Assembly (NCBI GenBank): GCA_963751925.1
Contig: CAVVWJ010000002.1
Span: 1,702,560 to 1,766,559 of the forward strand
Direction: 5' to 3'
Origin: an uncultured Gemmatimonadales bacterium
GTDB lineage: Bacteria > Gemmatimonadota > Gemmatimonadetes > Gemmatimonadales > GWC2-71-9
Length of the DNA stretch: 64,000 bases
Numbering within the stretch: the first letter of the stretch is position 1; each line of letters begins with the position of its first letter. Of this stretch, positions 9,402-21,722 are shown in pieces. The notes beneath the pieces were generated by a model. It was not told the DNA's origin. It searched no databases and saw only the letters and a list, made by a program, of their open reading frames with translations. The translations under genes and the position numbers were made by a program.

Positions 9402-10150
9402 GGCCGAACCGGATAACCCCGCTCCCGAAGGTAGGCGCGGGCCCGAGGGAGTGATGAATCGTTGAAGTGAAAGATCGTCGCGGCCAGGACTCCATGCGCT
9501 CCCGCCTCGAACGCCTCAGCCAGATGCGCGAGGTTCCCCGCGCCACCCGAGGCTATCACCGGAATGCGAACGGCGTGAGACACCTGCCGCAGCAGCGGAA
9601 GATCATATCCCTCTCCGGTCCCATCGCGATCCATAGACGTCAGCAGAATTTCACCAGCACCGAGTTGCTCCAGCCGAGCGCTCCACTCCACCGCGTCCAA
9701 CCCGGTCTCCTCGCGGCCACCGTTCACCATGACCACGAAGCGACGATCGACTCGTCTGACGTCGACCGCCGCGACCACACACTGGGTGCCGAAGCTTTCT
9801 GCCAGACGAGAGACGAGCGCCGGATCGCGCACGGGCGCCGTGTTCACCGCGATCTTGTCCGCCCCGGCCCGGAGGGCCGCACCGGCATCGGCGACCGAGC
9901 GGATTCCGCCGCCCACGGTGAAGGGAATGAAGATCGACTCGGCGACCCGGCTGACCATCTCGAGTGTGGTCTGACGAGCCTCGGGGCTCGCCGAGATGTC
10001 CAGGAACACCAACTCGTCGGCGCCATCGGCATCGTAACGCCTGGCCTGTTCGACCGGATCGCCCGCGTCCCGCAGGGTCTCGAAATGAATGCCTTTGACT
10101 ACCCGGCCGCCGGCCACGTCGAGACAGGGAATGATCCGGCGGGCTAGCAT
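9398..10150 (-). CDS. hisF: Imidazole glycerol phosphate synthase, cyclase subunit HisF
   Basis: [20 protein letters not shown]..., VIASGGAG. Full-length (250 aa). Confidence 0.95.
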   Translation of the reverse strand: MLARRIIPCLDVAGGRVVKGIHFETLRDAGDPVEQARRYDADGADELVFLDISASPEARQTTLEMVSRVAESIFIPFTVGGGIRSVADAGAALRAGADKIAVNTAPVRDPALVSRLAESFGTQCVVAAVDVRRVDRRFVVMVNGGREETGLDAVEWSARLEQLGAGEILLTSMDRDGTGEGYDLPLLRQVSHAVRIPVIASGGAGNLAHLAEAFEAGAHGVLAATIFHFNDSSLPRARAYLRERGYPVRP

Positions 10151-10611
10151 ACCCTCAGGACGTCATCGACCCTGCCGGCGTTTCCTTCGCCCAGCAGGAT
10201 TACGATGTCCTCCAGGGCCCGGCGCTCGCGCGGCCAGGCAAACCTCCCGTTTGCGGCGGTGGCTGAGAGCCACTCGAACTGGTCGTGCTCGGGTCCCAAC
10301 CGAACCAGCGCGTTCGGATCGACAAAGACTGCAAAGACCGGGACCAGGGCCACCTCGTCGAGCCGATGCTGATAGAACAGCTCGACCCGGCTCACGTTGT
10401 ACAGGTGAAGGGCCTCGAGACCCGTCTCCTCCTGCAGCTCACGGACAGCAGCCTCCGCGGGTAATTCCTCGGCCTCGATGTGTCCGTGCACACTCTCCCA
10501 TGATCCCGGGCACCGGCCTCCACCCGCGCGTCGAAGCACCAGACACTCGAGCTCTGGTGCCGCACTGCGAAGGACGTACACGTCCACCAACGAGACCCGG
10601 ACGGTCGTCAT
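10144..10611 (-). CDS. NUDIX hydrolase (NudB-like)
   Basis: Complete Nudix box [23 protein letters not shown] (Gx5Ex7REUxEExGU). Overlaps the hisH stop (4 nt) and the hisF start (7 nt). Confidence 0.8.
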   Translation of the reverse strand: MTTVRVSLVDVYVLRSAAPELECLVLRRAGGGRCPGSWESVHGHIEAEELPAEAAVRELQEETGLEALHLYNVSRVELFYQHRLDEVALVPVFAVFVDPNALVRLGPEHDQFEWLSATAANGRFAWPRERRALEDIVILLGEGNAGRVDDVLRVC

Positions 10612-11228
10612 GGCTGCCAGTTGGCGAATGCTCCCAGCAGGTCGATGCCGGCCTGCTGGGACTTTTCGGGATGGAACTGCGCACCCACAACCGAGCCGTA
10701 CCCGACGAAGCTTGGGAAGACGCCGCCGTAATCACCAGTACCCAGCACGGCTGAATCGGGCAGAGAACTGGGGTGGTAGCTATGCACGTGGTAGAAGTAC
10801 TGAGCCGGCTCCTTGAACGCTGCCCCTAGGAGGCTGTGGCTCCGTCCCGACTCGGTCAGGTCGACCCTTGCCCATCCCACGTGAGGGATCGGCAGATCGA
10901 CGCTGAACCGGCGAACTCGGCCGGGAAGTAGCGCCAGCCCTCTCGCCTCAGGGGCCTCCTCGCTGTGCTCGAAAAAGAGCTGCAGGCCCAGACAGATCCC
11001 CATCACCGGCCGGCCCGCTTTGGCCGCCTCCCGGACGGCGTCTCCGAGACCGCTCGTCGCCAGGTTGCGTGAGGCTTGTCCAAAGTTCCCGACGCCCGGC
11101 ATCAACACCCGATCGGCCCGCCGAACCTCGTCGGGATCATCGGTCAAGTGCGCCTGATGTCCGCCCGCGGCCAGAGCCCGAACGACGCTCGCGAGGTTAT
11201 TGACCCCGTAGTCCACCACCGCGATCAC
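10608..11228 (-). CDS. hisH: Imidazole glycerol phosphate synthase, glutaminase subunit HisH
   Basis: VIAVVDYGVNNLASV..., PGVGNFG, GICLGLQLF (catalytic Cys), YFYHVHSY. Start set to GTG 11228, which overlaps the hisB stop (GTGA). Confidence 0.9.
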   Translation of the reverse strand: MIAVVDYGVNNLASVVRALAAGGHQAHLTDDPDEVRRADRVLMPGVGNFGQASRNLATSGLGDAVREAAKAGRPVMGICLGLQLFFEHSEEAPEARGLALLPGRVRRFSVDLPIPHVGWARVDLTESGRSHSLLGAAFKEPAQYFYHVHSYHPSSLPDSAVLGTGDYGGVFPSFVGYGSVVGAQFHPEKSQQAGIDLLGAFANWQP

Positions 11229-11815
11229 AGTGCACCCTTGGTGGACGGGATACCGCTGACCCTCGGGTCGAGCATTGTCGCCATGTCGAGCGCGCGCGCG
11301 AACGACTTGAACGCTGCCTCGACAATGTGGTGCGGATTGTCGCCTCGGACGAGATCGAGGTGAACGGTGAGTCCCGCGTTGAGCACGACCGCTCGAAAGA
11401 ACTCCGGCGTGAGGAACACGTCGTACTCCCCCAGCATCTGCCACTTCGGGATATCGATATTGTACGAGAGGAAGGGACGTCCGGAAACATCCACCACGCA
11501 CCGTACCAGAGCCTCATCCAGCGGAACCATGGCGTCGGCATAGCGACGGATTCCGGCTCGGTCTCCCAATGCCTGGGCGATTGCCTGGCCCAGAACGATG
11601 CCGGTGTCCTCCACGGTATGATGCCCGTCCACGTGGAGATCACCCCGTGCTTCGACGTTCAAATCCATGAGGCTATGCCGAGCCAGGGCCTCCAGCATGT
11701 GATCGAAGAAGCCGATGCCGGTCATCACGCGGGCATCGCCTCGTCCGTCCAGGTCCAGCCGGACATGGAGGTCGGTTTCTTTGGTCGTTCGCGAGATTTC
11801 GGCCCGGCGGGTCAT
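11225..11815 (-). CDS. hisB: Imidazoleglycerol-phosphate dehydratase HisB
   Basis: ISRTTKETDLHVRLDLDG, DGHHTVEDTGI, GDNPHHIVEAAFKSFARAL. Start ATG 11815 overlaps the hisC stop (ATGA). Confidence 0.9.
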   Translation of the reverse strand: MTRRAEISRTTKETDLHVRLDLDGRGDARVMTGIGFFDHMLEALARHSLMDLNVEARGDLHVDGHHTVEDTGIVLGQAIAQALGDRAGIRRYADAMVPLDEALVRCVVDVSGRPFLSYNIDIPKWQMLGEYDVFLTPEFFRAVVLNAGLTVHLDLVRGDNPHHIVEAAFKSFARALDMATMLDPRVSGIPSTKGAL

Positions 11816-12974
11816 TTCGTAATCTGCTGCAGTGCCTCGATCACCGCATCCATATCTTCCCCGGTCCCGACCGAGATCCGCAGGCATTGCGCCAGCTCGG
11901 GTGAGCCGGAGACATCACGCACCAGGATGCCGTGTTCGTTGAGAAGTCGCTGAAACAGGTCCTTAGCAGGCAGCTCGCGAGATCGAATGAGCACGAAGTT
12001 GGCGGCGGTCGGGTACACGACAAGGCCGGATATCATCCGCAGGCGGGGGAGGAATCGCTCTCGCACCGAAATCACCTCCCGAGTCCGTTCCTCGAGCAGA
12101 GAGGCATGGCGCAGGGCGGTACGTGCGGCAGCAAGCGTCACCAGATTCACATTGTAGGGAAGCTTGGCTTTGGCGATCTCGCGGGCGACACCCGGGTTGG
12201 CCAGAGCCAGTCCGAACCGGAGCCCCGCCAAACCGAGCGCCTTGGAAAAGGTACGCAGCACCACCAGCCGGGACCAACGACCCAGGAGAGGAATGGCCGT
12301 TGGCCCGCCGAAATCCTGGTAGGCCTCGTCGCAGATCACCAGTGCCTCGGTCTCGGTGAGAACCCGCTCGACGTCTCCCTCGGCCAGAGCCGAACCGGTC
12401 GGATTATTGGGCGAGTTGAGGACGATCACCCGGGCACCTTCCCGCCGAGCTGTGTAGATCAGCTGATCGACGTCGAATACAAAATTTTTCCCCAGCGGCA
12501 CCGGCAGGTACACACCACCGAGGACGGACGTCAACAAGCGGTACAGAGAAAAGGTAGGTGACGGCGCCACCACCCGATCGCCCGCACCCAGTGTCACCGC
12601 CAGAGAGGCCTGGATCAGCTCGTTAGAGCCGTTCCCGACCAGTACTCCATCGGGTCTCCAGCCGTAATAGTCCGCCAGCGCAACGATCAGATCCTGCGGT
12701 GTGAACTCCGGATAGCGCTGCCACTCCGAACGGGAACACTGCTCCAGGACCTCGCGCTTCAGCTCTGCAGGAAAGTCGTAAGGGCTCTCATTCTGATTGA
12801 GCTTGTGTCGTGCAGAAAGGGCCGCGAGGCTGTAGCCCGGCTGGGCCCGTACCGATGGCTTGATCAGCGCGAGGCCCTCGGCGGAACGCAGCGGATCAGC
12901 CGCTGGGCCGGTGACTTTCTCGATGGAAGGGCCGGCGGGTTGAGCGGGAGATTGCGGCGGAGTTGGCTGCCGGG

Positions 12975-12978
<4 letters not shown>
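11812..12978 (-). CDS. hisC: Histidinol-phosphate aminotransferase HisC
   Basis: Class-II aminotransferase: LNQNESPYDFP, NSPNNPTG, TFSKALGLAGLRFG (PLP Lys). TTG 12978 overlaps the upstream stop. The true start may be further downstream. Confidence 0.85.
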
Positions 12979-15200
<2,222 letters not shown>

Positions 15201-15273
15201 GTAAACTCTGAGAAGATGACAGGAAATGAGAAGGTCGGACGGCCGGGGGAGAGCCGCCCGAAAGATAAGAAGG

Positions 15274-17359
15274 TTACAGCAGGCCCCACCAGTCCCGATT
15301 TACATCGACCGTCATCCCCACACCGCCGTCCCGAAGGCCGACGCCCAGTTCCAGCCGGATGAGACGCATGAACAGCTCCAGCGCCACGCCAGCCACCGGC
15401 CGTACACCTGCAGTTCGGCTCCAGGGGAGGCCGATGTAGGCCCGGGAGGCCAGACCCGCCGCGAGGAAAGGAGCGATGGTAACCGACCTGCCGGTGGAGG
15501 CGAAGGAGCCCAGGGCGAGGGCCGGCACAGGAACGTCAAACCGCCACTCGACATGCCCGAGCACCGCCGTACGCCCGCCATAGGCCCGGAACGGCTCCCC
15601 CGGTAAGGTCCCCCTGCCTCCGAGCACGAAGCTCCGATATGGCGGGAGGTGATCGGTTCCGCCACCAGCATAGACCCTCGACAGGAGCTCGCCTTTGCCC
15701 AGATTCACCAACCAGCGTGCCTCCGCGCTCCCACGCAGGTAATCCCCCGGCCCAACGCCACCCTCGACCGAGAGGCGGCCCTGCAAATCCCGTCGGGCAG
15801 CGATTCCGCCGCTGGCCCGCTCGAGAGTCAGGCGGGCGATTCGATACGTGCCTGAGCCCAGTGCCGGATTCGTGCGATAGTTGCCGTTCGCGGGCGACGC
15901 CTTGGTCGAGACCGACTGACTCTCCTCCAGGTTGAGGTCTAGCATAACCGCAGTACGCCCGCTGAGCCGCTGGCGCAGACCCGCACCGGCAGTATGAAGC
16001 AGGACATAGTCCCCGTAGTCTTTCCCGGCCTCCTGTGATGTGAGCGAATTCAGCACGGGCGCAATCACCGGCAAGTCACTGAAGTCGGATACCCGCCGGG
16101 AAGCGCTCAGGCTCAGACTGTGTCCGTCCGGTTCCCCAGCTCGCCGTTGCCGAGCCCACCAGACGGTGGTCTGCCGTACCATAGCCGATCGATGGCTTGA
16201 GCTGGAAACGGCTGCCCTTCGGGTTGAGGGTCCCACCGAAGCCAAGCGTCAGTCCCTGCACCCGGTTGACGTGCGCCAGGTCGCTGACCGACCCCGCAGC
16301 CAGCCGGGTTGATGGAAGCCCCGCGAGTGCGCGCGAGCCGGCGATCCGTTCGACCTCGGCTCGAAGCGCCTCCATGTCTTGTCGGTTGATCGGCTGGGCG
16401 ACGCCGAGAATAGCGCGATCGAGTGACTGCGCCCAGGTTGTATCCGACTTTCCAGCCTGGAGCAGGCCACCGATCGATGGTCCTTGAAAAACGTCCGGTG
16501 AAATCGGGAAATTCAAATCATAGTCGCCGATTTCCCAACGGCACCGGATGATGCCCCTGGCAGGGAAGTCGAGCCAGGTGAGCCGGCGGCGGATTTCAAT
16601 CTCCTGACGGTACGGCAGCCAGTACCGATTCTCGTAGAGTGCGTTCTCGAGCACGATACTGATGTCCTCGAGCTCACGGTCCAGGTACGATGCTGGGGTA
16701 AAGCTGAACCGGAAACGGACCAGCTCCGCCGTTGTGACATCGAGATACAGCGTACCGACAACCAGTGGTCGGCTGAACGAACGCGGCCTGACCTGAACCT
16801 GACGTACCGTGACCTCGCCCTGCGCGGTGCGGATCGCGAGTGAGTCGCCCAGGGCATAGTCGTAGCTTGCCGCTCCGCCCGGTGAGAGTGGATGGATAGC
16901 ATCGCGCACTTCGTCACCCTCGCCGATGCGAATGATGTCGCCGAAGTTGTTGGTGACGATACCGAGGTGATCGCGGTGGTATTGGATGTCGGTGGGGAGA
17001 AAGGTGCCGTCGCGCCAGCCGAGAATGATCTGCTTGCTCCGGTTGGGGGCGCGCCAATACACTTCCACGTCGAGCTGGTCCGCTTTCACCAGCCGCGGAG
17101 GCTCGGCCATTCCCTCCCCTACCTGGGCCAGGAAGAAGACGAAGCCATGGGCCCGGGTCCGGTAGCTCTTCAGTGCCGAATCCGCCTGAGTTGCCAGGCG
17201 CCGGTCCACTGCGCGTTGCACCAGGGCCAGCGCGTCGGGGGTATTCCACCGCTGGGCGGAGGCAGGTGAGACCAACGAGACGAGCAGGACACCGGCAATC
17301 ACCGCACCAAGCGGCCAGTTCACCTGGAGCTTTTGACGTGCCCCATTCTCAGCGCTCAC
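15274..17359 (-). pseudogene. Secreted protein with Omp85/surface-antigen-like C-terminal beta-barrel, split by an apparent +1 frameshift
   Basis: ORF 16076-17359 has signal LLVSLVSPASAQ. ORF 15274-16245 continues the beta-strand pattern to ...GVGMTVDVNRDWWGLL*. Both frames are open over 16076-16245. A C4/G4 run at 16134-16137 is the likely shift site. Confidence 0.45.
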
Positions 17360-17379
17360 GGCCCACCTCGCGACACGTC

Positions 17380-17976
17380 ATGCGCGCAATATTCGGAAGA
17401 AGGAGCCGCAGGACAACCTGGCGGTGGATTGCGGCAGGCACGGTTCTGGGGTGCGGAGGCCGTCACCCGGTGGCGGAGGCTGCGCCCGGCGTAAACGTGT
17501 CGCGGGTACTCCCACTGGCGCAGCTTCTGGTCCTGGCGACCTCGGGGCCGCAGCCGGGCGACACGTCGGTCACATTCACCACAGGATCGCAGCGTGTCAT
17601 TGTACTTCGCCATGGTCCACCGGGGAATGTGGTGTTCGCGGAGATCACATTTGGAGGTCGTAGCTTCGGCGACAGCGGCCGCTCGGTCCAGGTGGACATC
17701 CGCCCCCGGCCGGGGGTCTATGGATTCGATCTCACCAGCAGCATCCCGTTCGGACAAGGAGCCACGGTAGCCTTCCGCTATGCGCGCTATTTCTCGGCAC
17801 CGCCTCGTGCTCGCGAGGTTTACGGAAGTGATATCGCATTCGAGCGGGCCCTGGCCGTAGGCCGACTCCAGTCAGACGATCAGGTCCTGCTACTGCCGTC
17901 CACTCGGCCCGCCTCCGACAATCTCCAGGCAGCGATACCATCAGCCGGCAGCTACCTGGTCGCTGCGCCGCAGTGA
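17380..17976 (+). CDS. Hypothetical lipoprotein
   Basis: MRAIFGRRSRRTTWRWIAAGTVLGCGG (lipobox-like VLGC). Its stop overlaps the trpE GTG (GTGA). The longer 17173 start overlaps the upstream divergent gene and was rejected. Confidence 0.45.
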   Translation: MRAIFGRRSRRTTWRWIAAGTVLGCGGRHPVAEAAPGVNVSRVLPLAQLLVLATSGPQPGDTSVTFTTGSQRVIVLRHGPPGNVVFAEITFGGRSFGDSGRSVQVDIRPRPGVYGFDLTSSIPFGQGATVAFRYARYFSAPPRAREVYGSDIAFERALAVGRLQSDDQVLLLPSTRPASDNLQAAIPSAGSYLVAAPQ

Positions 17977-19478
17977 GCTCGACCTTCGAAAGCTTCGTTG
18001 AGCGCGCACAGGCGGGCGGCATGGTGCCAGTCACCCGTCAGGTCGTGCTGGACGGTGACACCCCCGTCACCGCCTTCACCAAGCTGCACCAGGGCTCCTA
18101 CGGTTTCTTGTTGGAATCGCTCGAAGGCGGTGAGCGCTGGGCCCGCTACACCTTTCTGGCCACAGATCCTCGTGAGGTGTTCCGCTATCGGGGGCGCGAG
18201 TGTGCCCGCTGGACCGAAAAGACCGGCTGGAAGGTCATCGAGACCGATGTCGCCCCGCTGGAGCACCTCGGACGGACGATGCGGCGGCACCCACCGGTCG
18301 AGGTTCCAGGCCTACCCCGGTTCACCGGTGGCGCCGTCGGCTATCTAGGATACGATGTCGTACGAACGATCGAGTCGCTTCCCAATGCCCCACCCGACGA
18401 CCGAGATCTCCCCGACGCGATTCTCATGGTGGCCGATACTCTGCTGGTTCTGGACAACCTCTTCAACCGTGCCACCGTCATCGCCAATGTAGAAGTTCCG
18501 GCGGGCGCGAGCCGGAAAAGCCTTCAGTATCTGTTTCAGGAGGCGGAGACCAGGATTGAGCGCTGGCTCGAGCGCCTGGCCAGACCGGCCACCAGTCCGC
18601 CGCTCGATCTCGAGCCGTTGCCACCGCTACCGACACCGTCGTGTACCTATCCCGATCACCGCTTTCAGGAAGATGTCGGTCGCATCAAAGAGTACATTGC
18701 GGCGGGAGACACCTTTCAGACGGTGCTCTCGCGCCGGCTCGACTTGGCGGCCCCAGACCCTTTTCTCACCTACCGCTATCTCCGGGCCCTGAATCCGGCA
18801 CCGTACCTGTACTTTCTCCACTGCGACGACATCCATGTCATCGGCAGCTCTCCGGAAGTACTGGTTCGCGTGGAAGAAGGCGAGATTACCCTGCGTCCGA
18901 TTGCCGGCACCCGTCCTCGCGGGCTCACCACGGAGCAGGATGCGGCACTGGCGGAAGAGCTGTCGGCCGATCCCAAGGAGCGGGCGGAGCATCTGATGCT
19001 GGTTGACCTTGGCCGGAACGATGTCGGACGAGTCGCGGCGTTTGGGTCGGTCCATCTGACCGCGTTCATGGCCATCGAGCGGTACTCGCATGTCATGCAC
19101 CTCGTGAGCGAAGTGCGGGGTCGCTTGCGCCCAGAACTGGATGCAATGGCTGCGCTCGGCGCATGCTTTCCCGCTGGAACGGTGTCGGGGGCACCCAAGG
19201 TTCGCGCGATGCAGATCATCGATGAATTGGAGCCGGTGAGGCGGGGGCCGTACGCCGGAGCCGTGGGGTACGTCGGCTTTGGGGCCCGTACGCTCGACGC
19301 GGCAATCGCGATCCGGACCTGCGTCATGAAGGGGGGCCGAGCCTGGATTCAGGCGGGTGCCGGGATCGTGGCGGACTCGGACCCGGCGTCGGAGTGGCGC
19401 GAGACAGAGGCCAAAGCTCGTGCCGTGCTCCTAGCGTTGGCCCTGGCGGAAAGGGCGGGAAAGGCGGCAAAGCACTAG
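17973..19478 (+). CDS. trpE: Anthranilate synthase component I TrpE
   Basis: LLESLEGGERWARYTF feedback motif, chorismate-binding core GTRPRG...LMLVDLGRNDVGR...GAVGYVGF...IQAGAGIVADSDP. Confidence 0.9.
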   Translation: MSSTFESFVERAQAGGMVPVTRQVVLDGDTPVTAFTKLHQGSYGFLLESLEGGERWARYTFLATDPREVFRYRGRECARWTEKTGWKVIETDVAPLEHLGRTMRRHPPVEVPGLPRFTGGAVGYLGYDVVRTIESLPNAPPDDRDLPDAILMVADTLLVLDNLFNRATVIANVEVPAGASRKSLQYLFQEAETRIERWLERLARPATSPPLDLEPLPPLPTPSCTYPDHRFQEDVGRIKEYIAAGDTFQTVLSRRLDLAAPDPFLTYRYLRALNPAPYLYFLHCDDIHVIGSSPEVLVRVEEGEITLRPIAGTRPRGLTTEQDAALAEELSADPKERAEHLMLVDLGRNDVGRVAAFGSVHLTAFMAIERYSHVMHLVSEVRGRLRPELDAMAALGACFPAGTVSGAPKVRAMQIIDELEPVRRGPYAGAVGYVGFGARTLDAAIAIRTCVMKGGRAWIQAGAGIVADSDPASEWRETEAKARAVLLALALAERAGKAAKH

Positions 19479-19510
19479 CTTCCTGCCCTTCCCGACATTC
19501 CCGACCCTTC
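19445..19510. terminator. Imperfect GGGAAAGG / CCTTCCC hairpin spanning the trpE stop codon
   Basis: ggcggaaagggcgggaaaggcggcaaagc-ACTA-gcttcctgcccttcccgacattcccgacccttcc. Arms are built from direct repeats of 9-10 nt. TAG lies in the loop. Confidence 0.4.
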
Positions 19511-19523
19511 CGATATTCACCTT

Positions 19524-21137
19524 ATGCCATACCGCCTCGTCAGCTTCTCCGGCGATCAGACCTTCGAGCTCCCCAGCGGGCGCAACCTCGTGGTCGGCCG
19601 AGGCTTGACCAGCGACATCGCGATCTACGACCCCACCATATCCCGGCGGCACGCCGAGCTGATCGTGGGGAACGACGGGGTCCAGGTGAAGGACCTCGGA
19701 AGCTCCAACGGGACCTGCATCAACGGCAGCCGTGTCAGCAGTGGCCTGCTCCATCCGAACGACTCGATCACCTTCGGCAAGGTCCTGTTCCAGCTGAAGG
19801 ACGGGAAGCCGAGTGCCATCCGATCCGGAGCAGGACTGGCACTACCCGGAAGTCTGGTTCCGAGCGACACCATCATCCGTCAGCTGATGGTCAGTGCAGG
19901 AGGTCCACCGGGAATAACCAGTCGGGACCGGCCCTCGGGATTCGGCCAGCTCCGGGTGGTAGCGGCCTCCGCCGAGGAACGGCAGGCGAAAAAGCTCTCG
20001 CTGCTACTCGACATTTCTCAGAAGCTCTCCGGCGAGTTCGACCTCGACAAGCTGCTCCGGAATGTGGTGGACATGATGTTCGAGGTGATGAACGTCGATC
20101 GCGTCACCATCCTGCTCCGAAACGAGACCACCGGGGAGCTGGTCCCGTCTATGTCGAGGAGCCGCCTGGGTGACACGCAGCTGCAGCAGATTCCCCGCTC
20201 TATTGCCGAGAAAGTGGTCCAGGAGCGTGTGGCCGTGGTCTCGGACAACACCGCGGCCGATTCCCGCTTCAAGGGGAAGTCGATCGTGATGCAGAGCGTT
20301 CGGAGCGCCATGTGCTCCCCGCTGATGGCGTCGGGTGACCGGGTGCTGGGACTTCTCTATGTCGACAGCGTGACCGCGGCGAACTCGTTCAGCGACGAGG
20401 ACCTGCAGTTCCTGGTTGCCTTCAGTGGACTGGCGGCCCTCGGCATCAGGAACAGCCGGTACGCCGAACAGGTCAAGCGGGAGGCACTGGTCAGATCGAA
20501 CTTCGAGCGCTACTTCGCACCCAACATTGCGGCGGAAATAGCGCAGCAGGACGCCATCGTACCGCTCGGTGGTGAGAGGAAGCCCATCACGATTCTGTTC
20601 AGCGATATCCGGGGGTTCACAGCGATCGCGGAGTCGATGGGGCCGGACGCGATCGCACAGCTGCTGACGGAGTACTTCAGCGAGATGGTGGAGATCGTCT
20701 TCCAGCATGGTGGCACACTCGACAAGTTCATCGGTGACGCGATCATGGCGCTGTGGGGAACCCCTATCGCCCATGCGGACGATCCCGATCGGGCCCTTCG
20801 GGCGGCGGTCGAGATGCAACGCGGCATCGCCCGTCTCAACCAGCACTGGTCCGCATCGGGGCGCCCCGAGATCGGTGTGGGCATTGGGATCAACTATGGT
20901 GAGGTATTCGCCGGCAATATCGGGAGCGAGCGCCGGCTCGAGTACACTGTCATTGGCGATGCGGTCAATGTCGCCAACCGGCTCTGCTCCGCTGCCGGGC
21001 CGGGAGAGATCCTGGTGAGTGAAGCAGTCTGTCAGGCGGTGAAGGACCAGGCGGAATACGAGTATCTGCCGGCGATGTCGCTCCGGGGCAAGACGCGATC
21101 GGTCCAGGTCTTCAGGGTCAAGGGAGGAGTGAGCTAA
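19524..21137 (+). CDS. FHA - GAF - class III adenylate/guanylate cyclase
   Basis: FHA: VVGRGLTSDIAIYDPTISRRHAEL...GSSNGTCINGSRV. Central GAF-like region. Cyclase: ITILFSDIRGFTAIAE...KFIGDAIMALWGTP...GINYGEVFAGNIG...YTVIGDAVNVANRL. Confidence 0.85.
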   Translation: MPYRLVSFSGDQTFELPSGRNLVVGRGLTSDIAIYDPTISRRHAELIVGNDGVQVKDLGSSNGTCINGSRVSSGLLHPNDSITFGKVLFQLKDGKPSAIRSGAGLALPGSLVPSDTIIRQLMVSAGGPPGITSRDRPSGFGQLRVVAASAEERQAKKLSLLLDISQKLSGEFDLDKLLRNVVDMMFEVMNVDRVTILLRNETTGELVPSMSRSRLGDTQLQQIPRSIAEKVVQERVAVVSDNTAADSRFKGKSIVMQSVRSAMCSPLMASGDRVLGLLYVDSVTAANSFSDEDLQFLVAFSGLAALGIRNSRYAEQVKREALVRSNFERYFAPNIAAEIAQQDAIVPLGGERKPITILFSDIRGFTAIAESMGPDAIAQLLTEYFSEMVEIVFQHGGTLDKFIGDAIMALWGTPIAHADDPDRALRAAVEMQRGIARLNQHWSASGRPEIGVGIGINYGEVFAGNIGSERRLEYTVIGDAVNVANRLCSAAGPGEILVSEAVCQAVKDQAEYEYLPAMSLRGKTRSVQVFRVKGGVS

Positions 21138-21149
21138 ACTACGACCGAG

Positions 21150-21722
21150 CTACTTCCCGAAGCGGTACTCCCAGCCGGCCTCGCGCATCAGGTTCAGCAC
21201 CAGCCGTATCGGCAAGCCCATCACACTGAAGAAGTCCCCTTCGATCCGCTCCACCAGGGCCGCGCCATAGCCTTGAATGCCGTAGGCCCCGGCTTTGTCC
21301 ATCGGCTCTCCGGTGGCGATGTATGCCTCGAGGAAGCTGTCGTCCACCCGCCGAAACGTCACGTTGGTCACATCGGTAGCTTGGTGCACGGCTTCCCGCG
21401 CTCTCAGTGCTACCGAGGTAACGACCTGGTGAGTTCTCCCCTGGAGCCGTTGCAGCATCTGCAGCGCGTCAGAGGCATCGGCTGGCTTCTCCAGGACCGC
21501 ATCGCGAACCACCACGGTGGTGTCGGCGCCTAGGACGAGGTCACCATCGACACTGAACGCCTTCTCGCGGGCCAGCCGCTCCACATAATCCACCGGGGTC
21601 TCGATCGGGCGCCGAACCTCAGGAATGTTTGGCGCGACCACCCGGAGGGGGATGCCCAGCATCTCCAGCAGTTGGCGGCGCCTGGGCGAAGAGGAGGCCA
21701 GTGTCAACGCGGCGGCCGTCAC
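21150..21722 (-). CDS. maf: Maf-like nucleoside triphosphate pyrophosphatase
   Basis: LASSSPRRRQLLEMLGI, GADTTVV, DKAGAYGIQG. Start overlaps the dtd stop (GTGA). Confidence 0.85.
   Translation of the reverse strand: MTAAALTLASSSPRRRQLLEMLGIPLRVVAPNIPEVRRPIETPVDYVERLAREKAFSVDGDLVLGADTTVVVRDAVLEKPADASDALQMLQRLQGRTHQVVTSVALRAREAVHQATDVTNVTFRRVDDSFLEAYIATGEPMDKAGAYGIQGYGAALVERIEGDFFSVMGLPIRLVLNLMREAGWEYRFGK

Noticed and set aside
15201-15273. Rho-independent terminator after the Omp85-like gene.
   Set aside because: Only a 7-bp stem with a G-U pair (GGGCGGC/GCCGTCC) and no convincing U-tract. Too weak to list as a feature.
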